DNA of 63,785 bases, filler included, from Octopus bimaculoides (GCF_001194135.2; 6 parts of 6 records of this genome joined end to end with filler, not necessarily neighbours in it), one strand, 5' to 3'. Counted from the whole stretch's first letter, positions 25,293 to 37,299 are shown. Notes: generated from the sequence alone by a model not told the origin. A program made the numbers and translations.

Positions 25293-26221
25293 TAAACAAA
25301 ATGAGTTGACAAAGCCAAGGCTGTGAGGAGTTTTCAGGACATTTATAAGGAAAAAGATATAGATATAGCCTTACAGCTGTTTCTTCCTCCATTCCTAAAA
25401 ATAATCTCCAAAATACACCCGCTGCTGTTCTGGGTCCATCTTCCCTCTAGAAACCCATTGTAGAAGATCTAATGTAATGTATAAATGCACCGTCATCAAC
25501 ACATTACACAATTCTACAGCTGTATATAAAAGGTCAACCATAAATTTTAAACTCATCTCAATTCTTTTAGATACGAGAAACACAGTAAATCCACAACACT
25601 CGCCAGTCACATACATCATCTCAAAAAGAAAAATATTCCCTATATTTTGGCATGGTCCATAATAGATTCAAGGCTTCCATACGAAGGTCAACTTATCCTA
25701 TAAGTTATGCCTAAAAGAGGCATTCCACATATTTAGGCACAACTCCTCGATACTGCTAAATAAATAAAATGAGACCCTAAGTACACGCAACCACCGCTTT
25801 TTTCATACCTTCAAAGTGTACCACAAATCTAAATGCAACCTAAATAACCACACAGCATATATCCACAACAAACCTTAAGTAAACTCCAACAACCTTACTT
25901 AATTTTGCTTTATCTCAATCTTAATTTTTAATCTTTAATTTTTTAACTCACCTATATTACTTTAAGGATCTCATTCGTTTAATACTTTATATGTGGACAT
26001 GCAAGCCGATACATGTGTGTGTGTAAGTGTGTGCAAGTATTTTTGTTTATGTATATGTATGTGGGTATATGTATGTATATATATATATATACATATATAT
26101 ATGTGCGTGTGTGTATGTATATGTACGTGCATATGTATATACAAATATGAGTGAGTGTGTGTATGTGGATATATGTATGCGTATGTATACATATATACAC
26201 ATACATATACACATACATATA

Positions 26222-27060
26222 GGCGTAGGAGTGACTGTGTGGTAAATAGCTTGCTTGCGAACCACATGGTCCCGGGTTAAGTCCCACTGCGTGGCACCTT
26301 GGTCAAGTGTCTTCTACTATAGCCTCGGGCCGACCAAAGACTTGTGAGTGGATTTGGTAGACGGAAACTGAAAGAAGCCCGTCGTATATATATGTGTGTT
26401 TGTGTGTGTATAATAATGATAATAATAGGGATAAAAATCCAAATTTACAGGTAAAAATTCAATTTAATTTAATTTATCAAAATTAAAATTAAATTAAATT
26501 TCACAATATATAATATATAACTATATAATTTAGAGAAAAGAACCACAATTCTTGAACTCATCCATGAAAATCCACACTCACATTAGAAAAATTTAATAAG
26601 TAAATACACTAAAAAGATCTATAATAAAAATAAAAAGTAAGAAATATTAAAATAATAAATATTAAAATAATAAAATGATATTTATTACTTTTTTATTTTT
26701 ATTATAAGTATTTTTAGTGTATTTACTGATTAAATTTTTCTAATGTGACTGTGGATTTTCATGGATGATTTCAGGAATTGTGGTTCTTTTCTCTAAATTA
26801 TATATTTATATATGTGTGTATATATATGTATGTGCGTATATGTTTATGTGTGTGTGTGTGTCCCCCAACATCACATGACAACCGATGCTGGTGTTTTTAT
26901 GTCACCGTAACTTAGCGGCTCGGCAAAAGACACCGATAGAATAAGTACTAGGCTTACAAAGAATAAGTCCTGGGGTCGATTTGCTCGACTAAAAGGCGGT
27001 GCTCCAGCATGGCCACAGTCAAAGGACTGAGACAAATAAAAGAGTAAAGAGTAAAAGAGT
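26222..27060 (+). mobile_element. Bipartite tRNA-derived SINE family C with internal microsatellite and foldback insertion
   Basis: Head GGCGTAGGAGTGACTGTGTGGTAA...CCGGGTTAAGTCCC (26222-26385), internal TA/TG tract, 3' half 26855-27060 ending in AAAGAGT repeats. Related pieces at about 7835-7990, 8540-8760, 50235-50520, 54571-54845, 61640-61865, 62460-62620 and 63600-63755. Confidence 0.85.
26522..26804. repeat. Long inverted repeat (about 120-bp arms, 44-bp spacer)
   Basis: 26522-26640 is the reverse complement of 26685-26804 with few mismatches. Confidence 0.9.
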
Positions 27061-27968
27061 ACACTCGTATACGAATACATATACAGATGCGCGTGAGCAT
27101 GCATGTGTGTATATGTATATATATTTATGTGTATGTATATGCGTATGTATATATATATATATGTATATATGCGTGTGTGTATATGTATGCATATGCGCAC
27201 ATATGTATGTGTATGCACGCGTACGTATGTTATTACACCTTGTTTCCTCCTCTCTGATTCCTAACTGTCACACTAACCTATGCAGGCACATACGTCTATT
27301 TACAGAAATTTGACATCCTTGTAGTCTTCCCTCCACTTTAAATTTTACTACTAAAACCCCACCCGAACCTTTTCTCTACACATCCCTTAATACAGCTGTA
27401 TCACATCACCTCTACTCACACCTATTCACTCCTTACCTTCTTATCTCTTCCTATCCTCCCCCACTCCTCTCCCATCCTCCCTCACATTATCTTGAGCACC
27501 AACTAACATTCCTTTTCTTACTTATTTCACCCTTCACTTTTTCATTCCTTTCACGTTTTTCTCCCTTTTTAAATCTTTTTTCTCTTTCTTCCTCTCATTT
27601 GTTCTTCCTGTTCTTATTTTGACCTATCCTCACATTCTAATCGTACACATATCTCTCCTCCATCTACCCACAAGTACCACCAAGAAATTCTCAAATTTTC
27701 ATTCACACCACAAGACCCTTTCGAATGAACAATACAGAATCCATAATTTGAAACGGCTAAACATAAACTACTATTGGAACTCACATACCATGTACAGGAA
27801 ACTTTTTTTTGCCACTTCTATATACCTACAATGCAACTACGATATCTTTATATATTTTATATACTTTCATTCTCTTATTTCTCTTTACATTCCCTATCTC
27901 CTCCTTTTCCATAATAATTCTTTATTTCGAACTCAAATATGTACCTCTATTTAACCATCTCACATCGA

Positions 27969-28042
27969 ATATAGATATAGTCTTACATCTGTTTCTGGGA
28001 TATTAATTTATCCCAGAAACAGCTGTAAGACTATATCTATAT
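27969..28042. repeat. Near-perfect palindrome (34-bp arms, 6-nt loop) at the Penelope terminus
   Basis: ATATAGATATAGTCTTACATCTGTTTCTGGGATA-TTAATT-TATCCCAGAAACAGCTGTAAGACTATATCTATAT, one mismatch. Confidence 0.9.
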
Positions 28043-29964
28043 CCCTTTTCCTTATAAATGTCCTGAAAACTCCTCACAGTCATGGCTTTGTTATCTCATT
28101 TCATCTAGTATATATATATATATGCATGCTAATACAAAACCCACAGTAGACTCCTCACTCGTATCACTATCGAACCAAGAGTTTACGGTCTGTCCGTAGC
28201 AGTTACTTAGCGCAACCTGCCACTCTTTGGGTCTACTACCAGATATATATATATGTGGGATAGATAGATAGATAGATAGATAGATNNNNNNNNNNNNNNN
28301 NNNNNNNNNNNNNNNNNNNNNNNNNNNNNTTAATTAATTAANNNNNNNNNNNNNNNNNNNNNNNNNNNNNNNNNNNNNNNNNNNNATATATATATGTATT
28401 ATACATATGCTAGGTACAATTGAATAGAATAAAAAATGTCTTTATATATGTATGTACTTATATATAATACATGTGTATGTGTGTGTGTGTGTGAATGTGT
28501 GTGTGTGAGTGCGTATGTGTGTGTGTGAGTGTGTGAGTGTGTGTGTGAGTGTGTGTGTGTGTGTGTTTGAGATTATTAGAGGGAGAGACAGAATAGCCTT
28601 TTGAGAAGAGTTGTTTTCTATGATAGACATAGTCTGTTTAAAAAGCTTCGCTTGTATCAGTTTGTACTCCCATGTTGTGCGTTCAAATCCTTCCTCAGAC
28701 TCAATACCCTTTGATAGAGTGAAATTTTATCACACCGGTATCTATTCTCTTCAGTGATGCATAGTCTTTTTCTTTTATCTACTATATTTATGTAATGATC
28801 GAACAGTTAACAACTGTAAAATAAGCTATTCTGAACACTTTATGTAGCAATAAAAAACAATTACAATCTCTTAACCAGAAATCATCGCAAAAATGTTTCA
28901 ACCTCGTGTTTAGTCATATTATTTCATTTTAACCACCGATGCTTGTAAGCGTCACGAATCTCAGTATCCAGTCTGTAACGTTTGGAACCTGTCGAACCTA
29001 ATTACAAAGATACAAACAGAGATAAAATGCCGTAAATCTAATCGTATTCTAGTGGTTATAGTCTGAAAGACATGAATGTGGATTAGGCCTGTAACATAAT
29101 CCTTTAAATTTACCCTATAACAAGGTCGTGTAGCTTTCACAAACATGATTTTCTTTTCAGTATTTTCCTATCTGCTGATCTTGATGATCTTCTGATCAAT
29201 ATAACCAGCCAAGCGAAACTGTTGACGGACGAAATAAATACTCGTCTATACCCCTACGTCAACTTATATTTAGTCTAGACAAAATTTAGCTGATCCGTGA
29301 CAATTTATTTACGAACGTTGTTGTGTCTACGTACAGTCAGTTATAGACTGGGAAAACAATTATGATTCTTGAAAGAGATTTAGGAGAGCTTTGCACCTAT
29401 CACAGAAATGTAACCAAACACTTATCAATGAAATCTGAGCTTGCACTCTCCTCCAAACTTAACTGATCAGTTAACATTGACGTAGAATGTATATCTCTTG
29501 GGATCTGCTAATTTGCCTCCTTTATGCTGAAAATTGATTCTTTTCTGAAAGACGCAAATAACGAATTAACATTAGAATGTTTTCGGTCGAATAAATAAAC
29601 AGTCACGTATTTATGTTACTCGTACTATGAGTTACGTCTAAGTTGCAATTCGATTTCAGCATCGCGTGGGTCGAAATTGAAATCGAAACTTGAAACAGAG
29701 GAATAAATCAGATTCAAACTATTTCGTATGTTTTTAAATTTCTCAAAGAAATATTGTTGTATATTGTCACATAGGTCGATTGACTGACAAATAGGTCGGT
29801 GAATTTAGCAGGTACTATGGAGTACTCCCACCTCACCCCATCCCATAAAAAACCATTGAATCGCGGTATTTGTTCTGGCTTTTCAATTGTAAGTTTAAAA
29901 TACGCCGCGGTCAACTTTGCCTTTCACTCCTCAGTGATCAATAAAATTAAGTATTGTTTATACT

Positions 29965-30289
29965 GTGGAGGCGCAATGGCCCAGTGGTTAGGGTCAGCGG
30001 ACTCGCGGTCGTGGGATCGCGGTTTCGATTCCCAGACCGGGCGTTGTGTGTGTTTATTTAACGAAAACACCTAAAGCTCCACGAGGCTCTGGCAGGAGGT
30101 GGTGGCGACCCCTGTTGTACTCTTTCGCCCCAACTTTGTCTCACTCTTTCTTCTTGCTTTTTCAGTAAAGCTGCGATGGACTGGCGTCCCGTCCAACTGG
30201 AGGGGGGTGCACATACGCCATAGAAACCGGGAAACCGGGCCCATGAGCCTGGCTAGGCTTTAAATTTGCGCATCAAATAAAATAAAAAC
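29965..30289 (+). mobile_element. SINE with family A head but a different 3' half, nested inside a family B SINE
   Basis: Matches family A to about 30157, then GCTGCGATGGACTGGCGTCCCGTCCA...AGAAACCGGGAAACCGGG and an (AAAT) tail. 11-bp TSD TGTTTATACTG at 29955-29965 and 30290-30300. The flanks rejoin into a family B body. Confidence 0.9.
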
Positions 30290-30452
30290 TGTTTATACTG
30301 AGGTTGATTTAAGCGACTAAACCTTCTACGCAAAATTTCTGTCCTAGTGTCTATGTCAGAAAAGAATTATTATATACAAACCCGTGCAATGGCTTGGCAA
30401 GATCCTTAGCGTGCCAGAGTAAATGGCTTGTATCAATTATTCTGATTCATTG

Positions 30453-30830
30453 GTGGCAAGCTGGTAGAATCGTTAGCACGCCGAGCAAAATGCTTCGTGG
30501 CATTACGTTCTGAGATCAAATTCCGCCGAGGTCGACTTTGCTTTTCATTCGTTCTGGGTATATTAAATAATACCACTAGAAATGATTATGAATTCTGTTT
30601 CAAGGGTGGTGAGCTGGCAAAATCTCCTGCATACGTCAAAATGCGCAGGGGGCCTATCTTCCAGGTCTCTACATTCTGAGTGCAAATCCCACCGAGGTTA
30701 AATTTTCCTGTCACCCCTCTAAAGTCGATAAAATATAGCATAGCACTGATTAAGTATTGAGATCAATGTAACCATGATTAACTATTCTCTAAAATTGCTG
30801 ACCTTGGGTCAAAATTTAAACCATTATTTA
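30453..30830 (+). mobile_element. Two consecutive SINE family B copies (degenerate)
   Basis: GGTGGCAAGCTGGTAGAATCGTTAGCACGCCG and GGTGGTGAGCTGGCAAAATC heads with family B bodies. Confidence 0.7.
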
Positions 30831-30941
30831 TTCTTGTTCGTCATGTTCCGAGTTCAAATCTGTGAATTTCTTGTTGCCTTTCATATTTTCAAGTTAAGTA
30901 AATGAAAATATCTAGTGATTACTTGGGACAATTTCATCGAT

Positions 30942-32243
30942 TACTAGCAGTATAGCCCGGCTTTACCCGGGATTAAGTTAGGATTATTAAGCTAATCAAG
31001 TTCTTTATTTCAAACCAAACTAAGTAACATCGACGTCAAATTTAGGCGAAATCCGTTGAAATTGGTAAACTTTTGGCTGAAAAGGAATTGCAGACAACTT
31101 GATGGGGTAAGCCTGTAAGGAATCGGTTTATCGATTTTTTCCACTCATCGATTTTGTTTTTTTTTTTTTTCATTTTTGGAGAACTTAAAGCCTTCAAAGA
31201 TCCCATGAACCCTAAGTAATGTTGGCATCAAGTTTGAACAAAATACATAAAAATTGGTAAATGTTATGGTTGAAAATGGGGTGTAGTCAATTTTATTCGG
31301 AAATCCTATAAGAAATCAGTTTATTGATTTNNNNNNNNNNNNNNNNNNNNNNNNNNNNNNNNNNNNNNNNNNNNNNNNNNNNNNNNNNNNNNNNNNNNNN
31401 NNNNNNNNNNNNNNNNNNNNNNNNNNNNNNNNNNNNNNNNNNNNNNNNNNNNNNNNNNNNNNNNNNNNNNNNNNNNNNNNNNNNNNNNNNNNNNNNNNNN
31501 NNNNNNNNNNNNNNNNNNNNNNNNNNNNNNNNNNNNNNNNNNNNNNNNNNNNNNNNNNNNNNNNNNNNNNNNNNNNNNNNNNNNNNNNNNNNNNNNNNNN
31601 NNNNNNNNNNNNNNNNNNNNNNNNNNNNNNNNNNNNNNNNNNNNNNNNNNNNNNNNNNNNNNNNNNNNNNNNNNNNNNNNNNNNNNNNNNNNNNNNNNNN
31701 NNNNNNNNNNNNNNNNNNNNNNNNNNNNNNNNNNNNNNNNNNNNNNNNNNNNNNNNNNNNNNNNNNNNNNNNNNNNNNNNNNNNNNNNNNNNNNNNNNNN
31801 NNNNNNNNNNNNNNNNNNNNNNNNNNNNNNNNNNNNNNNNNNNNNNNNNNNNNNNNNNNNNNNNNNNNNNNNNNNNNNNNNNNNNNNNNNNNNNNNNNNN
31901 NNNNNNNNNNNNNNNNNNNNNNNNNNNNNNNNNNNNNNNNNNNNNNNNNNNNNNNNNNNNNNTCTTAACATAAATTTACTCGTCGCTAGAAAGAGACTTA
32001 ACTCCAGTTTGTAAACAATGGTGATTTCTCCGACGTTAAAAGTTTTGGTTGAAAATTTATTTTTACTACTATTCGCTGGTACCTCTGGGGAAAATAAGTT
32101 GACGAAAATACAGCTGGGGTCATGACGAATGTCCTCCTAAAATTGGAGCGACGTGCGTGCTAATTTGTGGACGTACATGAATTACATTCACGTACACACA
32201 CACACGCACACACACACACATCCTGCCTTTTATATATAAAGAT
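30942..32243 (+). mobile_element. Helitron/Helentron-related non-autonomous element spanning an N gap
   Basis: Starts TACTAGCAGTATAG with hairpin CCCGG-CTTTAC-CCGGG, has internal degenerate subrepeats and a CA tract near the end, and ends TTTTATATATAAAGAT. This matches DINE-1/HINE-like architecture. Joining across the gap is inference. Confidence 0.6.
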
Positions 32244-32319
32244 TATACACCTAAATTCCTAGCTTTGACTCAATGTCATAAACAATTTTTATACACAAAT
32301 GTAAAATGCTGGTTTCAAA

Positions 32320-32525
32320 GTTTGGCACAAGATCGGGAATTTCGGAGAGGGGATTAGGTTGCTTACAGCGACTCCATTTCTCAACTCGTAATTATTTCAT
32401 CGACACCAAAATGATGAAAGGCAAAGTCGACATCGGCAGATGTTTAAATTCAGAACGTAAAGAAGGACGAAATGCCGCTAAGAATTTTGCCCGGCGTGGC
32501 AACTGTTCTGCCAGCTCGCCACCTT
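32320..32525 (-). mobile_element. SINE family B
   Basis: Reverse complement of the family B consensus, ending CTGCCAGCTCGCCACC. Confidence 0.75.
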
Positions 32526-32630
32526 ACGAAGGTAAAACTTTGATACCTAACTGAGCAATGCCACTGATCTTTTTCTTTTTTCTTTGTGGTGGGAATTTAG
32601 TCAGTTTGGTGAACTCCAGGAATTGATTCG

Positions 32631-33910
32631 TATCAGGTCATCCGATAAGTTCTGTCCGAATTTTGAATAATGAAAACAATTGATTAAATGTTATATCTAA
32701 TTGAAATTTAAGCATCAATATACTTTCCCTGATTATCTATGACTTCCTTCCATCTATTTGCAAGCTTTTTAAACCCATCAATGTGAAACTCTTTTGGTTT
32801 CAAAGCGAAGAACTCTGAAATGTCAATTTCGACCTCCTCCTGGCTTGCGAAAGTTATGTCCCACAAATCATTCTGTAAACTACGAAACAAATGGTAGTCT
32901 GAAGGAGCAAGGTCGGGAGAATAAGGTGGATGGTGAATTTTTTCCCAACCAAGCTCTTTGATCTTCTGTGATGTGATCTTTGCAGCGTGGTGTCGCTCAT
33001 TGTCCTGATGAAACATCACTCCTTTTCGATTCACTAATGCGGGTCTTTTTCCTTCAAAGCTTAGTTCAAACGCTCTAATTGCTGACAGTAGACTTGAGCA
33101 TTGATTGTTGCATTAGGTGGTCAGAATTCAAAGTGAATTACTCCTTTGCAATCCCATCAGATAGAGAGAAGAACCTTTTTTCCATGAAGTTCCATTCTCG
33201 GTTGTTGTTGAGCTTTTTTCCTTTTTACCAAGCCACTGTTTACGACGGTTAACATTTCGACAGAAGAACCATTTTTCGTCACCGGTCACAAATCTATCCA
33301 AAAAGGGTGAAATGAGTTCGCGAGAATAGGGAGAAAAGCAGATGTCAACTCGGGATTTGCGGTTGATTTCGGACAATTCATGAGGCACCCATTTTCCAAG
33401 TTTAAGAACCTTTCCAAGTTGTTGAAGATGACGATGAACAGTTGTATGGTTTGAACTAAGCTTTATTGTCAATTCTTCAATTGATAATGCAATATTTTCT
33501 ATAATGGTTCAAGGAGTTTATCATCAAACTCAACCTGTTCAAACTTCATATTCAGGCTGAAATCCCCAATTCTGAATTTTGCAAACCATCTTCTGTAAGT
33601 TCTTTCATTCAAGCATTCTCTCCCATAAATTGAGTGTATGTTTCGAGCCGCTTAGGCTGCAGAGTTTCTTTTGTTGTACTCATAAAGCATTATGTGCCTT
33701 AAATACTCTTTGGATACTTCCATGTTAGAAAGGGTTTGAATCAAAGAAATTTTAATTCTATTATTCTATAAGATATTATTTAATTTGTTTAAATGTACAC
33801 AAATGCATAAAAATAATTTTTAATTCCATTAGCCATTCTAAAATATTATTAAATTTCATTCAATTTTAAAAAGGGTAAAATCGGACAGAACTTATGGGAT
33901 GACCTGAATA
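32631..33910 (-). mobile_element. Full-length mariner (DD34D) transposon, decayed
   Basis: TIRs TA-TCAGGTCATCCGATAAGTTCTGTCCGA and TCGGACAGAACTTATGGGATGACCTGAA-TA with TA ends. Transposase from ATG 33723 (MEVSKEYLRHIMLYE) to TAA 32708, with VTGDEKW, HQDN and YSPDLAPSDYHLF (34 residues between the 2nd and 3rd D). Frameshifts and stops present. Confidence 0.95.
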
Positions 33911-33946
33911 TTAGTATTTGCAGATTGGTGGAACCAGATGGAAATT

Positions 33947-35250
33947 GTGAGAGCATACTATTAATTCATGAGTGAAGTGTGTTGTTTGGATGAATAAAGT
34001 ATATGCCAGAAAGTCAATCATAATAAAATGGGTAAGAGAGGGAGTGAAGAAGGAAGCACTGTGGCATTAATAGAGAGGGGCCGATTAGTAAAATGAAATA
34101 GAGAGAGTGGTGGAGAAAGTATGCTAATATTGGCAAATAATGAGTGAGAATGATTGAAGCGAGCAAAAAATTCCGCAAGATGAAAAAATAGAAAATTTTA
34201 AAATAATGGATTAATATTTCGTAATTTCCTTTACTCACATTCGAAGGAATAAAAATTTGTGTGACAATTTCTCAGAAATTTCGTTTACTTGTGTAATAGA
34301 TATGTGACACATATAACTACTACCTTTCTGTCTATTGATGTGTCACTTCGTCTCTAATTTTGACCAATAAATCTATCTCTATGTGTAGTATTGACTAGTG
34401 ACTGTCTCTCCAACCAGCCCACATTTTGGATGTCGTTTACAAAAAATCACTCAGCTTTAGAAACCATTTTTTCATACTCTCTGCACCTCAATTACAGACA
34501 AATTACATTGCGAGCCAACAAATGAATAACTACCTGGTCGAACTACTTCCAGAGACAGCAGCCAAACTTCTCTTAATTTACACAGTATTCACTTAAAAAA
34601 ATTAAAAAAATAAAAAACAGAGATCTACGACAATGTCGGATAATGAATTAGATACACAATATCACGGAAAATATTGATGCGATGGTCGTAGCAGCAACGC
34701 TTTAAACATAGAAATGTTCAATCATGGTGGACGTGGAGATAAGCAATTAGTTAGATCCACTAAATTGTTTGATGGTAAGCTAGAAAAGCTGAAATGCAAA
34801 TATGTGACGGAATGTACGAAAGAGTTAAAGAATAGGAAAGTGCAAGAAGGAATTATACAGAGAGGTAAAAGATTTGACTTAGGGAGATAAAATATCACAA
34901 CTATATTAGATATTGCATAAAGATATTGAGAATTCTGTTGAAAGACGGCTAATGAGGGAAGAAATATTGAAGTAAAATGAGAATTAAAACAAAAGTGCAA
35001 CACGTGAATGTGAGCATACTATTAATTCATTACTGAAGACTGATGAGTGAATGAATAGAGTATATGTCAGACAGTTAACCATAATAATGTGGGGAAGAGA
35101 GGGAGTGAAGAAGAAAGTATTGTGGCATTAAAAGAGAGGGGGTGATTATTAAAATGAGACAGGTAGAGAGAATGGTGGAAAAGGTGGGCTGATATTGGCA
35201 AATAATGCGTGAGGATGATTGAAGCGAATAAAAATTTCAGCGAGAAATTG
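33947..35250. repeat. Pair of diverged about 240-bp direct repeats about 1.06 kb apart
   Basis: GAGCATACTATTAATTCAT...GAGAGGGAGTGAAGAAG...GTGGCATTAA...ATATTGGCAAATAATG...GATTGAAGCGA occurs at 33951-34190 and 35012-35245. Confidence 0.85.
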
Positions 35251-36329
35251 TTACGAAGGTTGAGTAAGTAAACAACTGGGAAGGAGAAAGAAAAAATAGT
35301 GAAAATCAAAGACAGGAAATAACGTAGCAAGAAATGTGTGTATGTGTGTGTGNNNNNNNNNNNNNNNNNNNNNNNNNNNNNNNNNNNNNNNNNNNNNNNN
35401 NNNNNNNNNNNNNNNNNNNNNNNNNNNNNNNNNNNNNNNNNNNNNNNNNNNNNNNNNNNNNNNNNNNNNNNNNNNNNNNNNNNNNNNNNNNNNNNNNNNN
35501 NNNNNNNNNNNNNNNNNNNNNNNNNNNNNNNNNNNNNNNNNNNNNNNNNNNNNNNNNNNNNNNNNNNNNNNNNNNNNNNNNNNNNNNNNNNNNNNNNNNN
35601 NNNNNNNNNNNNNNNNNNNNNNNNNNNNNNNNNNNNNNNNNNNNNNNNNNNNNNNNNNNNNNNNNNNNNNNNNNNNNNNNNNNNNNNNNNNNNNNNNNNN
35701 NNNNNNNNNNNNNNNNNNNNNNNNNNNNNNNNNNNNNNNNNNNNNNNNNNNNNNNNNNNNNNNNNNNNNNNNNNNNNNNNNNNNNNNNNNNNNNNNNNNN
35801 NNNNNNNNNNNNNNNNNNNNNNNNNNNNNNNNNNNNNNNNNNNNNNNNNNNNNNNNNNNNNNNNNNNNNNNNNNNNNNNNNNNNNNNNNNNNNNNNNNNN
35901 NNNNNNNNNNNNNNNNNNNNNNNNNNNNNNNNNNNNNNNNNNNNNNNNNNNNNNNNNNNNNNNNNNNNNNNNNNNNNNNNNNNNNNNNNNNNNNNNNNNN
36001 NNNNNNNNNNNNNNNNNNNNNNNNNNNNNNNNNNNNNNNNNNNNNNNNNNNNNNNNNNNNNNNNNNNNNNNNNNNNNNNNNNNNNNNNNNNNNNNNNNNN
36101 NNNNNNNNNNNNNNNNNNNNNNNNNNNNNNNNNNNNNNNNNNNNNNNNNNNNNNNNNNNNNNNNNNNNNNNNNNNNNNNNNNNNNNNNNNNNNNNNNNNN
36201 NNNNNNNNNNNNNNNNNNNNNNNNNNNNNNNNNNNNNNNNNNNNNNNNNNNNNNNNNNNNNNNNNNNNNNNNNNNNNNNNNNNNNNNNNNNNNNNNNNNN
36301 NNNNNNNNNNNNNNNNNNNNNNNNNNNNN

Positions 36330-36403
36330 GGAGGAGGAGGAGAAGGAGGAGGAGGAGAATAAGAAGCACAAGAGAAGGAGGAGGAGGGGAGGAGGGGGAG
36401 AAG

Positions 36404-36434
<31 letters not shown>

Positions 36435-36462
36435 GGAGAAGGAGGAGAAGAAGAAGAAGAAG

Positions 36463-36494
<32 letters not shown>

Positions 36495-36525
36495 GAAGAA
36501 GAAGAGAAGAAGGAGGAGGAGGAGA
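36330..36525. repeat. Polypurine (GGA)n/(GAA)n compound microsatellite
   Basis: Direct reading. Confidence 0.95.
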
Positions 36526-37299
36526 GTTATTGACGGAGTGGATAGGAGGCAGGTCAAATCGGAAACATTGAAATAGAGTTTAAACGTAAGTGAGAGAAAG
36601 AGTAAGAACAATAAAGAGAAATCAGCAACGATCAGGAATAACATGGAGGGGAAACCAAGCAGACAAACATCGGGAAAAGTCATTCAACGGAACTAATTTA
36701 ATCTGCCGTCTGTTCTGCTTGTCAACTCCAATAATTTTTCATCCAATGGTTAAAATACCTGCCATAGAGACTATTGATACATATTCTCTCTTTAACTCTC
36801 TCTCTCTCCCTCCCCTTCTCTCAAGGCTCTTTGTCTCTCTGTCTCTCTCTCTCTCTCTCTNNNNNNNNNNNNNNNNNNNNNNNNNNNNNNNNNNNNNNNN
36901 NNNNNNNNNNNNNNNNNNNNNNNNNNNNNNNNNNNNNNNNNNNNNNNNNNNNNNNNNNNNNNNNNNNNNNNNNNNNNNNNNNNNNNNNNNNNNNNNNNNN
37001 NNNNNNNNNNNNNNNNNNNNNNNNNNNNNNNNNNNNNNNNNNNNNNNNNNNNNNNNNNNNNNNNNNNNNNNNNNNNNNNNNNNNNNNNNNNNNNNNNNNN
37101 NNNNNNNNNNNNNNNNNNNNNNNNNNNNNNNNNNNNNNNNNNNNNNNNNNNNNNNNNNNNNNNNNNNNNNNNNNNNNNNNNNNNNNNNNNNNNNNNNNNN
37201 NNNNNNNNNNNNNNNNNNNNNNNNNNNNNNNNNNNNNNNNNNNNNNTATATATATATATATATGTATGTATATGTATGTATGTGTGTATATATTGTGAT

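Larger units (their letters stand above)
25299..28101 (+). mobile_element. Penelope-like element (GIY-YIG endonuclease remnant) bounded by inverted pseudo-LTR copies, interrupted by SINE and microsatellites
   Basis: 25441-25800 translates, with shifts, as PLETHCRRSNVMYKCTV...VYKRST...NSFRYEKHSKSTTLASHIHHLKKKNIPYILAWSII...LCLKEAFHI...LLNK*NE. 25299-25384 is the reverse complement of 28016-28101. That both ends belong to one insertion is inference. Confidence 0.75.

Noticed and set aside
24244-25392. Long ORFs full of X (also 1108-1755, 31321-31971, 35067-36683, 36590-37369, 44112-44949, 49222-49938)
   Set aside because: They exist only because N runs contain no stop codons.
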